A stretch of DNA of 64,000 bases from a phage. This document shows positions 1 to 8,798 of this stretch, one piece after another. The notes beneath the pieces were generated by a model, which did no database searches, had not been told where the DNA came from, and worked only from the letters and a program-made list of their open reading frames with translations. Each line of letters starts with the position of its first letter. Positions within the stretch are counted from its first letter, which is position 1. Location of the stretch: sequence record PZ000613.1, one strand, 5' to 3'. A program made the translations under genes and the position numbers.

Positions 1-1713
1 GCGAGGAGTCTTTATAGCGAGACATGTGCAGCAATGCCGCATACGCGTCCCCCCAGTTAACCCCATTAGCCCCAGCACCTGCATAAATGCCGTTAGTAGT
101 AAAGTCGTTTGCATTTAGGCTGACACCTACTGATATACCTCCCTCATCACCTAATCCTGTTTTTACATCAGTTAGAATCTGTCCAGACGGTCCATTCAAA
201 TAGTAGTGAGCATCGGTGATCGCAGTTCCGCCGCTATTGGTTGCGTTATTGTAAAAATGGATTGATGATTGGTTGGCATCCCCAACCTGCCAATCGGCTC
301 TCATGCTGGCAATGGCGCGGTCTACTCCGTTAATCTGATACTTAGACATAACCTGCCCGCCAGATACATAAGCGTCGGGAGTGGCAGACGCATCACTGTT
401 AATAACAGCCCAAGATGTATTAGCAGCTACGAATCCACCATGAGCACGGATGGTCCACACACCAGTAAATGCGTTAGGACGAACCTCTGCTGTCCCATCT
501 CTGCCGTAAGAGGGGTTTGATAGACTGGCATCTATTCTAAGACCATTCCTATAGTTAAGGCTTGTATTGCCTGTGTTGTCAATTTTTAGGCCCGGAATAA
601 TAACTTCAGCGGGGACGATAGCCCCTTCGCCAGTCTGACCGGCTGTGTTGTATTGAGTGCTGATAGAGACTCCGACACTACCTGTAATATTCGGAGCAGC
701 GTTACTCCTTACAATACCGTTAAGAGAACTATCACCGCCATCCCCACGACCAAATAGTCCGGGAACAGAGCCACTCTGAACACCATTCTTATCAGGAACA
801 CGGAAGGTAGTAGTACCGTTACCTGAAGAGTATTTACCTCTCTGAGCTGTTGAGCTTAGCCATAAAGAATCCTCAATAGGGGAAAGCAGTTGTGCGTAAG
901 CCCACAGGTCAGGGTAGTCTGCTCGGTTAAGAAGCTGACCATCAGCAAACACCTCAAAAGCTGGGATAAAAGCTCGACTATCACGTAAGTGGAAATCACC
1001 AATACCGTAGTTAGAGATACCACTCATGGTAGGACCACCAGAACCACCCCCACTGTTACGTAACTGTCTCATAGTCACAGCATCATAATCACCCACACCA
1101 TCTGCAATTGTTACAGGCTGTTGGAAGGTAACTTTCTGAGTAAACTGTTTGATATCAGAGTTGATTCCTGTACGGTTCACCCCAATAGTACGGCCTTTAG
1201 AATCTTTAACATAAGAACCAATAGCTGCAAATGGCAGATCCTCAATCTCAGGACGAAATCGTTTGGAATAAATTGGATATTTAGTTTCCACACCAGAATC
1301 GTTTTTGTCAACAACTGAAACACGACCAGCAGAGTGAATCTCAACCCCTTGAACAGAAGACTCATAGCTGCCAAGCTTGATTGAGTTCTCTGGAGTGACC
1401 TTAATCATATCTACGGATTCTACACCATTAGCTCCAGCAGAACGGAAAGGGATATTATTATCTACGAAAGGGTCAGCTTTAAACAGAGCACCTTCCATGA
1501 TAGGTTGGATTGAATCTAAAACGTAAGTCTTAGAAGCACCTTCGGTTTTTGTTTGATAAGTAGCTGCCGCATCTGTCTTCTGTAGATATTTACCAGTAAG
1601 ATCGACTGCACCAGCAACCCCGTCGACAGTAGAAACACCAACTACCGCAGCATCTCGGTTAATCACTACGTGTGGCATCATTATGCCAGATTTGGGCATT
1701 AATTCTCTAGACA
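1..1713 (-). CDS. tail fibre / receptor-binding protein paralog, partial (about 570 N-terminal codons in window; 3' end beyond window start)
   Basis: Minus-strand frame open from ATG at 1713-1711 (AGGAGG RBS just upstream) to the window edge; nt ~800-1300 are clearly homologous to nt ~2880-3300 of the 1075-aa fibre (shared FTQKVTFQQPVT, DYDAVT, LLNRADYPDLWAYAQLL, GNGTTTFRVPD motifs, tail-collar-like). Confidence 0.6.
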
Positions 1714-1723
1714 TTAAATCCTC

Positions 1724-1747
1724 CTAAAAGCTCCCCGAAGGGAGCGT
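1724..1747 (-). terminator. hairpin plus T-run between the two fibre genes
   Basis: Minus-strand GCTCCC-TTCG-GGGAGC stem-loop followed by TTTTA, immediately after the stop of the 1075-aa fibre and before the RBS of the next gene. Confidence 0.4.
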
Positions 1748-1753
1748 TGTTAA

Positions 1754-4700
1754 TCATTTAGCAGCTAGCTGCTTTTCCAACTCTTCTACTTTAGCAGACA
1801 AAAGCTTGATAGCAGCAAGGGCATCTAGTAAAAGCGGGTTAGTGTCAAGAGTCATGACTCCACTTTTTTCTGCACTGTGAACATACTGAGGGTCCACCTG
1901 TTCTGCTTGTTGTGCAATAACCCCTCTACGTGGTGATTTCTTCTCATCGTTCTTATAAGTAAAGTTTTTAAACTCAAGAGATTTAATATTACTTAGAGCG
2001 ACATTTAGATCTAAATCATCTCCAATGTCCTTAACGTTTGCGTCAGAGGTTCCAGCATTCTGAAGAGTTGTCCACGGAAGATTGGATTTGAGTTCTTTTG
2101 GGTTGTTGTTCAAGGTGTTAGATCTGATATAAGCCGACCCACTCAGACTTACCCAAAATTGACAGATTCTATTTACAGCATAGGAAGTTTGTATACCCCC
2201 TCCATTAGCAGCTGCCCACGAAGAGTTACCATCCGAGTCGGTTATGAATTGGTTATAGTTAGAATCAGGTAATACTGTACCACCCTGAACCCCAACACCA
2301 TAATCATCTTTCACCAAAACACGACCCCTAGGAGTCTCTATATTACCAGCCTCAGTGAAATCAAAAGTAGTTCCTTTACTTGATGTTTTGTTGTAAACAC
2401 CAATTCTAGCAGAGTAAGAGCTTCCTATCGTCCCAACCATTCGGAACTCGGCTGAACCTTCAGATTCTACTCCTACTTTATACTCAGATACCACATTACC
2501 GCCGGTTACAGGGGTTCCATCAGAAGGGCGAGTGCCGTCGCTATTGATTACTGACCATGTTGTGTTGGCAGCAATGAATGCACCCTTAGCACGAATGACC
2601 CAAACACCTACAAAGTTATCAGGACGGACTCTTGAAGAACGACCATAAGCAGGGTTGTTTATTGATGCGTTAAGGGACAAGTTGCTTGAACGATTACCAC
2701 CTACATCACCTTCTGTGATTTTTGGTGGGTTCTTAGTTTCACCACTTGGTTGTAAGGCTGATTTACTAATAGACCCACCTACATACGCAAAAGCACCACC
2801 CACTGAAACAAAGTCAATAGTGCCTGTTATATTGGGGGCACCATTCTCAAAGACATCGCCGTTAGAGCCACTATTACCACCATCACCTCTGCCATAGAGT
2901 TCATTGATAGAGCCAGACTGAACACCGTTCCTATCAGGAACACGGAAAGTTGTTGTTCCATTACCTGTAGAGTATCTCCCCCTTTTGGATGGAGAGGCCA
3001 ACCAATCTGAATCAGATATCGGTGTTAATAACTGTGCATAAGCCCACAGGTCTGGATAATCAGCACGGTTGAGAAGCTGTCCGTCTGATGTTACATCATT
3101 TGGGTGAATAAAAGCCCGGCTATCCGCTAGTCTGAAATCACCAATGTTGAAATTGGAGATACCATTCATTGTAGGACCACCACCGCCACCACCTTGGTTT
3201 CTTAATTGACGTAAGGTAACGGCATCATAGTCACCAACAGCATCTGCTACAGTAACCGGCTGCTGGAAGGTAACCTTTTGAGTGAAAGTCTTAATATCAG
3301 AGTTCACACCATTAACATCGATACCAGCTGCGCCAACATCAACATTCGTGGGTTTATTATCCTCTGTATAAAATTTATAGTCCCCTCCCGGCTTAGAGAA
3401 GATCGGTGTTTCGGAAGAAGCTACTACAGTTCTAGCTAAGTGATCCCCAAATACAGAAGAATCAGAGCCGCTTCTTGATACCATGTTAACTTGAGTGTCA
3501 TTATCTTTTATTCTGCGTAAAGCTATAGTTTTGTTAAGGACTAAGTTTCCATCCATGATACCACCGGATTTAGCCAAAGCCCCTATGTTTGCAGCTGTTA
3601 TGTTAACGTTTCCTGTGATATCATTAGGGGAGATTCCGTTAACAGTAACAATATAAGGTTTCTGGTCTATTGGTTTACCATCATAAGAAGTATCTCCAGT
3701 TAAGCTAGGAGATCTAATAGCTTCACCACCAGTCCAATCAGGAAGACGGATGTTGATGTAGTTGGTAGAGTCTGCATCAGTCAGCCCATCAGCCAGTTTA
3801 CCCCAAGAATAATACTGCTTAGCGCCTGCTTGCCATTCTGTTTCAGACACAACTGGAAGTTGACCGCTAACCAAAGAAGCACCTAAATCACTAGCCAAAT
3901 CCTTGGACACCAAACGACCGTCAGCAGGTAAGATCCCCGGATAGGAAATAGGGCGAGTTGGGTCATAAGGGAACATTAACAGCTCACCAAGATATAAGGA
4001 TGGGTTACCTGTAGGGATTGTGATATCAATATTGCCACTAGAGTCAGGAATACGAGAGTTAACAGTAACAACCCGAGGTTCAGTTTTACTCAAATCAAGA
4101 ATCTTATCGGCAGCCACTTTGTAGAAAACATACTGAGTGTTTTCCCACACTAAAACAGTTTCTCCTGCCTGACGATTAACAGCATCTGCGTCCGCTTCAG
4201 CTTTAGAGCTGTATGTTTTAATAAAACCATCAACTTTGTTATCAACAACTTCTTTACTATAAGAAGCTACGTTCTCTACATTACTCAGCCCAACAGTGCT
4301 TTTGTCAAGAGTTAAAGAAACCTCACCACTCTCAGCAGGACCGCCGTTTACAGAGATAGAACGAACAGATGGGATAAGGTTTGCAATATTCTCTAAAGAT
4401 GTTTTGTGAACAGTGTTGTCATCTTTATCAACATAGAAACCTACATCACCAAGAACAGGAACGCCAGTTGGTGCGTTATCTAAATCTGTTACTGTACCAT
4501 CTTTACCCGGAGCACCTTGAGGGATACCCAAAGAGATAACACCAGTATTAGGATCAAAATGCCCAGAAGCTTCATTTCCCGGAGGAAGTGTGGTGACGTC
4601 TACTGACATACCTAACAGGATATCCAGTCGTTCCTGAACCTCAATCAACTTCTGGTCCATAAGAGCCAGAGCGTTCTGTGCGTCAGAGACTGCTGCGTTA

Positions 4701-4981
4701 GTTTGAGCAATAAGTTGCATTAAACGAGCATCTTGATCTTTAAAGTCCTGCTTCAAAGCTTCAATGTCTTGCTGCATCAGGACACCCTGTTGATACAGAC
4801 GTTCTACTTCAGCGATCAGATCATCAATTGTACCAAACTTAGACTCAGCTAGTAATGCCCAATATTTAGAATCAGCTGCATATTCTGCTGCCTGCTTGTA
4901 AGCTCCGATAGAGCCTTCTGTAGCACCAAACTGCCCAACGTTATTCACTGCATCAGGTGCTTGGTTATTATAAACGATCAT
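1754..4981 (-). CDS. tail fibre / receptor-binding protein (1075 aa)
   Basis: Long ORF after the capsid genes; Gly-X-Y-like stretch (GIPQGAPGKDG), poly-Gly hinge, tail-collar-like motif (LLNRADYPDLWAY ... TTFRVPDRNG), Ser/Gly/Asn-rich beta-type composition, coiled-coil C-terminus. Confidence 0.7.
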   Translation of the reverse strand: MIVYNNQAPDAVNNVGQFGATEGSIGAYKQAAEYAADSKYWALLAESKFGTIDDLIAEVERLYQQGVLMQQDIEALKQDFKDQDARLMQLIAQTNAAVSDAQNALALMDQKLIEVQERLDILLGMSVDVTTLPPGNEASGHFDPNTGVISLGIPQGAPGKDGTVTDLDNAPTGVPVLGDVGFYVDKDDNTVHKTSLENIANLIPSVRSISVNGGPAESGEVSLTLDKSTVGLSNVENVASYSKEVVDNKVDGFIKTYSSKAEADADAVNRQAGETVLVWENTQYVFYKVAADKILDLSKTEPRVVTVNSRIPDSSGNIDITIPTGNPSLYLGELLMFPYDPTRPISYPGILPADGRLVSKDLASDLGASLVSGQLPVVSETEWQAGAKQYYSWGKLADGLTDADSTNYINIRLPDWTGGEAIRSPSLTGDTSYDGKPIDQKPYIVTVNGISPNDITGNVNITAANIGALAKSGGIMDGNLVLNKTIALRRIKDNDTQVNMVSRSGSDSSVFGDHLARTVVASSETPIFSKPGGDYKFYTEDNKPTNVDVGAAGIDVNGVNSDIKTFTQKVTFQQPVTVADAVGDYDAVTLRQLRNQGGGGGGPTMNGISNFNIGDFRLADSRAFIHPNDVTSDGQLLNRADYPDLWAYAQLLTPISDSDWLASPSKRGRYSTGNGTTTFRVPDRNGVQSGSINELYGRGDGGNSGSNGDVFENGAPNITGTIDFVSVGGAFAYVGGSISKSALQPSGETKNPPKITEGDVGGNRSSNLSLNASINNPAYGRSSRVRPDNFVGVWVIRAKGAFIAANTTWSVINSDGTRPSDGTPVTGGNVVSEYKVGVESEGSAEFRMVGTIGSSYSARIGVYNKTSSKGTTFDFTEAGNIETPRGRVLVKDDYGVGVQGGTVLPDSNYNQFITDSDGNSSWAAANGGGIQTSYAVNRICQFWVSLSGSAYIRSNTLNNNPKELKSNLPWTTLQNAGTSDANVKDIGDDLDLNVALSNIKSLEFKNFTYKNDEKKSPRRGVIAQQAEQVDPQYVHSAEKSGVMTLDTNPLLLDALAAIKLLSAKVEELEKQLAAK

Positions 4982-4990
4982 ATTATCTCC

Positions 4991-5743
4991 TTATACACGA
5001 GAAGTACGAATACCATAAATATCAGGCAAGCTGCTCTGAAGTCGAGTCATGTTATTCGGAATTGCGATAGGTGAACCTGAGTACTCTTGTTTCTTATTCT
5101 GTTCTACCATTTCATCAAGGATAGCTTTTCCTAATGCTGACCATTTCTGAACTCCATTATCATCTTGAACAAACAAGCAAGCATGACGTAGAGTGAAATA
5201 CAGAAGAAGTTCTGGTGCAATAGTAAGAATAGCACTGGTATCTGTATCTTCGTGGAATTCCGGTGGGTCTGCATAATAACTAAGAATCACTGAGTTTTCT
5301 GCTGGGATCAAAGGGCTTCCATCATCAGGATAGTACGGAGTATCTGCTTCAATACTAGGGTAGAAAATGAAACGACTCCCGAAACGAGCAAAGTTAACAG
5401 GTTGGTTATTCCAGTGAGATGGGTTAATTGCTCCATGCTGTCTACGATAGCTAATCTCCTCAGGAGATGTTACTTGGAAGATTGCACCATCTTTGGCTCT
5501 CATCATCCATTGAGCTTCTAAGTAATCAGGAGGAATATAAGCCACCCCATCTTTGATATCTAAATAGACTTCTTTTTCCAGAGGAGGAATACGTAAGTTA
5601 CGATAAATCTCTTTCTCTGCAAAGTTAATAAAGTTTGGAATTTGATTAACAAATTCATCATCGTCCCTATCTGCCCAGAGGGCCACGGCCTTCTTTAGCC
5701 ACCCATAGGTATTGATGGGGTATTGAACATCTGGCATTGCCAT
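4991..5743 (-). CDS. hypothetical virion protein (250 aa)
   Basis: ORF with AAGGAGG RBS, located between capsid and fibre genes; no motif recognised. Confidence 0.4.
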   Translation of the reverse strand: MAMPDVQYPINTYGWLKKAVALWADRDDDEFVNQIPNFINFAEKEIYRNLRIPPLEKEVYLDIKDGVAYIPPDYLEAQWMMRAKDGAIFQVTSPEEISYRRQHGAINPSHWNNQPVNFARFGSRFIFYPSIEADTPYYPDDGSPLIPAENSVILSYYADPPEFHEDTDTSAILTIAPELLLYFTLRHACLFVQDDNGVQKWSALGKAILDEMVEQNKKQEYSGSPIAIPNNMTRLQSSLPDIYGIRTSRV

Positions 5744-5807
5744 AGGTTGTCCTCCTTGTTATATGTAGACAAAGAATATACATTACACACTGGCTTGTAT
5801 AGGTCTT

Positions 5808-5838
5808 AAAACGAAAAAACCCCGCCCGAAGGCAGGGT
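5808..5838 (-). terminator. rho-independent terminator after the capsid/Ig genes
   Basis: Minus-strand GC-rich hairpin (CCCTGCC-TTCG-GGCGGGG) followed by TTTTTTCGTTTT; sits directly downstream of the Ig-like ORF stop. Confidence 0.55.
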
Positions 5839-5844
5839 CTAGTT

Positions 5845-6357
5845 TTAAGCAGGTGTTACACCAGTAAAAGTGCATGTTGCATTGATGGACGGGTCAGCTG
5901 TCAAACTTGCTTGAACAGTAACTTCGCCACTTGCAGCAGCATCTAAGGTTAACGCACCAGCGGCGCTTACTGTACCAGCTTCTGTAGGAGTTACAACAAA
6001 CGTGTAATCCGCAGCAGCAGAATTAGTTACAGTAAACATGGTAGTGAAATTAGTGGAGGAACCACCAGTTTTACCCGTAATTGGACCCTTAGCTACAATA
6101 GTAGGAGCAGGAGCAACAATTTCAGAAATGGTTGCTGTACCAGAAACACCTTCTAAAGTTGCAGTAATGGATACATCAGTGGATTGAGACGCACTCGGAG
6201 CAGTATACAAACCCGACTGAGTGATAGAACCACCTCCTGTCACTGACCAAGTAAAGCCAGTTGTTTCGGTAGAACCATCACTTTTCTCCGCGCTTGCAGT
6301 GAACTGCCGAGTAGCCCCTGTCTCTAGACTAGCTAAAGACGCAGGGCTAACAGTCAC
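5845..6357 (-). CDS. Ig-like (Big_2-type) domain ORF, probably expressed as a C-terminal extension of the capsid protein by -1 frameshift
   Basis: Thr/Ser/Gly/Ala-rich beta-strand sequence typical of bacterial Ig-like domains (VTVSPASLASLETGATRQFTA ... ITATLEGVSGTATI); no AUG or RBS of its own (GTG only); frame is -1 relative to the capsid ORF and open across its stop codon. Confidence 0.6.
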   Translation of the reverse strand: MTVSPASLASLETGATRQFTASAEKSDGSTETTGFTWSVTGGGSITQSGLYTAPSASQSTDVSITATLEGVSGTATISEIVAPAPTIVAKGPITGKTGGSSTNFTTMFTVTNSAAADYTFVVTPTEAGTVSAAGALTLDAAASGEVTVQASLTADPSINATCTFTGVTPA

Positions 6358-6368
6358 ACTGTCTACTG

Positions 6369-7427
6369 TTACGCCGCCACCTTTCCCGCAGCAGTGAACA
6401 GAACGCCGGAAGCATACGGGTTGCGGTGACGCAGACCAACTTCCATTTCAATCATCCACTTCTCGTAAGAACCATCTTTCGCCAGTTCAGTACGTTTCGG
6501 AGCACGCAGAACCATCTGGGTCCAGTCAGCGCTACGGAAGAAGTAAACTGCATCGGTAGGCATCCAACGGTTAACGATGATTTTGTAGCTCTGGCCCAGC
6601 GGGTCAGTGATGCTGTTAACTTCGTAGATGAACTGCTTGGTGTTCTCAAAGATACGCTTACGTGAACCCTGAGTATTTTCTTGCAGACCAGCGAAGATCT
6701 TAGCATGAGCCGGGTTAATCATGATGATATCTGCTTCAGAACCAGCGGTATATAGTTGCAGAGTCATATCAAAGATATCAGCTTCGTCGAAACCAATGTT
6801 AGTGGTCGGGTTAGAAGCATTCTGTGCAACTTTAACAGTTACTGCACCAGTATCCGGGTCAGCAGGGCCATTTTTGGTCTTGTCAACAAAACCACCAGAC
6901 AGACCGCCGTGAGCACACAGGAACTGGAAAGCACCAGTCTTACGAGCTGCATGGGTGTCGTTCAGACCAACAACATCGGGATCAGTTGCAGAGTTAGTCA
7001 GGTACTGGTCAGCCAGAACGTCGGTACGAGCCTGACCGGACAGAAGGATCTTCTCGAGGTCACGCTTGATCTCTTTACCTTTCTTCTCCAGCTGATACAT
7101 CAGTTCACGACCACGACCATAGTTAGCGGTGGTGTTAGCAGTATCAGAAACACGAACAACCTTACGCAGAATCTGAGTAACGTTAGATTTGATAACAGTC
7201 GGTTTCATTTCGCCGTCTTCAGCACGAGAGCCTTCGACGTGTGCGTTATTAGCGTCAACGCTTGCCAATGCATCGGTCTGCCAGCTAAAGATAGTCTGGT
7301 TGATAGACTCTTTACCGGTCATAGATACGAACGGGGTATCCTGAGGGGACAGAACAGAAATCCAGTTAGCAAAAGAAAGTTTTTTACCATTCTGGTCATA
7401 CGATACAAATAAAGTTGGATTAGCCAT
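6369..7427 (-). CDS. major capsid protein (352 aa)
   Basis: Position between scaffold and Ig-like extension, size, strong RBS, followed by terminator; assignment by gene order and composition, not by a diagnostic motif. Confidence 0.6.
   Translation of the reverse strand: MANPTLFVSYDQNGKKLSFANWISVLSPQDTPFVSMTGKESINQTIFSWQTDALASVDANNAHVEGSRAEDGEMKPTVIKSNVTQILRKVVRVSDTANTTANYGRGRELMYQLEKKGKEIKRDLEKILLSGQARTDVLADQYLTNSATDPDVVGLNDTHAARKTGAFQFLCAHGGLSGGFVDKTKNGPADPDTGAVTVKVAQNASNPTTNIGFDEADIFDMTLQLYTAGSEADIIMINPAHAKIFAGLQENTQGSRKRIFENTKQFIYEVNSITDPLGQSYKIIVNRWMPTDAVYFFRSADWTQMVLRAPKRTELAKDGSYEKWMIEMEVGLRHRNPYASGVLFTAAGKVAA
6381..6387 (-). promoter_or_regulatory. -1 programmed ribosomal frameshift slippery heptamer G GGA AAG
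   Basis: Minus-strand GGGAAAG in X XXY YYZ register with the capsid frame, 4 codons before the capsid stop; the -1 frame continues without stop into the Ig-like ORF. Confidence 0.6.
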
Positions 7428-7467
7428 GTTATGTTAGCTCCTATACTATTAATAATTAATTTGTCGA

Positions 7468-8553
7468 TTAATCTACGAGGAATTTGAATGCGTCTTCGTG
7501 ACTAACGCGACCCTCTGCGAATGCCTTGGCAACCTTAGCGTTGTCGGGCTTATTGGAAGTACGAGACTTTGCAGCATCAGACTTCACAACCTTGCGTGGA
7601 GCACCGGGACGTTTAATCTTAGCCATCACCTGTTGCTTACCTTTATCAAATTGGTATGCTTTATGGAGAGCTAGGAAAATAGACGGACGGTTTTCCTTCA
7701 ATACTTCTTCTTCAGTAGCACCTAAGTCAATTGCGTATTGCATTAAGTTTTGATATAAGTTTTCATCCCAATTTGGAATCTCACGTTTCAGAATATTAAC
7801 ACATTCAATACTCTTGGCTTGGAAAGCTTCCTGCTCTTTAGCTGCTGCTTCCTGCTTAATACGGACCTGAGCCTGTTCAAGCTGTTGACGGCGAGCTGTG
7901 TACTTCTCTAAGAAACGTTTGTTTTCAACATATGCTTGAGGATCTTCTACTGCAAGCTTGTCCCAATCAAAACCGTTATAATCTTCAATTACTCGGTCTG
8001 CTTCTAAAGACGCTAGTTCTAATACATCCTTCAAACCTACTACACGTTCCTCAAATGCTTCCATATGACGCTGAAGAGTTGACTCTCGTTCTGTCATATC
8101 AGCACCAGTAAGATAGCCATTGGAGAGCTCTTCAATAGTCATCTCACGTCCATCAGGAAGGGTGATAACGGTTTCGTAGTCTACATCAAAGACTTCACCT
8201 TCACCGTCAGCAGAATCATCTTCATACCCTGCATCGCTTGAGTCTTCCTCTTCTACTTCAGTGTCTTCAGCACCTTCATCAGAGTCGTCCTCATCTTCTT
8301 CGACTTCGCCTTCCTCATCGTGATCTTCCCAACCATCTTCATCTTCGAACTTAAGCACATCGCTTTCACCGAGAAGGTCGGTATCAAAGTCGAAATCATC
8401 ACCGTCTTTTTCCGGGAACTCATCGTCAATGTCCACTTCTGGTTCTTGTTCAGATTCTAATCGACCGAGTTCTTCTTTGAAAGAACCTTTCAGGTCATCC
8501 AGTTGGAGGAAAGATTTAAAATCGTTCGGGTCAATATAATTATCTTGTGGCAT
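7468..8553 (-). CDS. scaffolding protein (361 aa)
   Basis: Highly acidic, Glu/Asp-rich with predicted coiled coil, located between portal and major capsid genes. Confidence 0.55.
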   Translation of the reverse strand: MPQDNYIDPNDFKSFLQLDDLKGSFKEELGRLESEQEPEVDIDDEFPEKDGDDFDFDTDLLGESDVLKFEDEDGWEDHDEEGEVEEDEDDSDEGAEDTEVEEEDSSDAGYEDDSADGEGEVFDVDYETVITLPDGREMTIEELSNGYLTGADMTERESTLQRHMEAFEERVVGLKDVLELASLEADRVIEDYNGFDWDKLAVEDPQAYVENKRFLEKYTARRQQLEQAQVRIKQEAAAKEQEAFQAKSIECVNILKREIPNWDENLYQNLMQYAIDLGATEEEVLKENRPSIFLALHKAYQFDKGKQQVMAKIKRPGAPRKVVKSDAAKSRTSNKPDNAKVAKAFAEGRVSHEDAFKFLVD

Positions 8554-8789
8554 TATGAAACATCTCCTGCACTATTGATAGCAGCTTTTATGACCTCTTT
8601 TAAGCTACCAACCATTTTATACTTTTGATAACAATCTTCGCGTTTCTTATTCTCATGAGGTTCTGTTTGAACTATCTCTGTCATGAGTCTTTCTTTCAAT
8701 GCCTCTAATGCTGCGTCAAGACTGCCGTTAAGGTTGAGAGCCGCCAAAGCGGCGGCGTGCTCTTTATTAAATTGATGTCTAATGTTCAT
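8553..8789 (-). CDS. hypothetical protein (78 aa)
   Basis: Small ORF between portal and scaffold genes, start overlaps the downstream gene (coupling). Confidence 0.35.
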   Translation of the reverse strand: MNIRHQFNKEHAAALAALNLNGSLDAALEALKERLMTEIVQTEPHENKKREDCYQKYKMVGSLKEVIKAAINSAGDVS

Positions 8790-8798
8790 TCGACGTCC

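Noticed and set aside
3140-3200. Poly-glycine-encoding stretch in the fibre genes as a slipped-strand phase-variation tract
   Set aside because: The DNA is GGTGGTGGCGGTGGTGGT-type mixed codons, not a homopolymer or perfect simple repeat, so slippage-based switching is unlikely.
6756-7412. 218-codon plus-strand ORF (and several 60-100-codon ORFs at 2655-2897, 6426-6665, 6721-6912, 9180-9785, 10167-10911, 12184-13319) lying antisense within the structural genes
   Set aside because: They sit entirely inside much longer minus-strand ORFs with clear structural-gene context, have no RBS, and have odd composition; treated as antisense artefacts.
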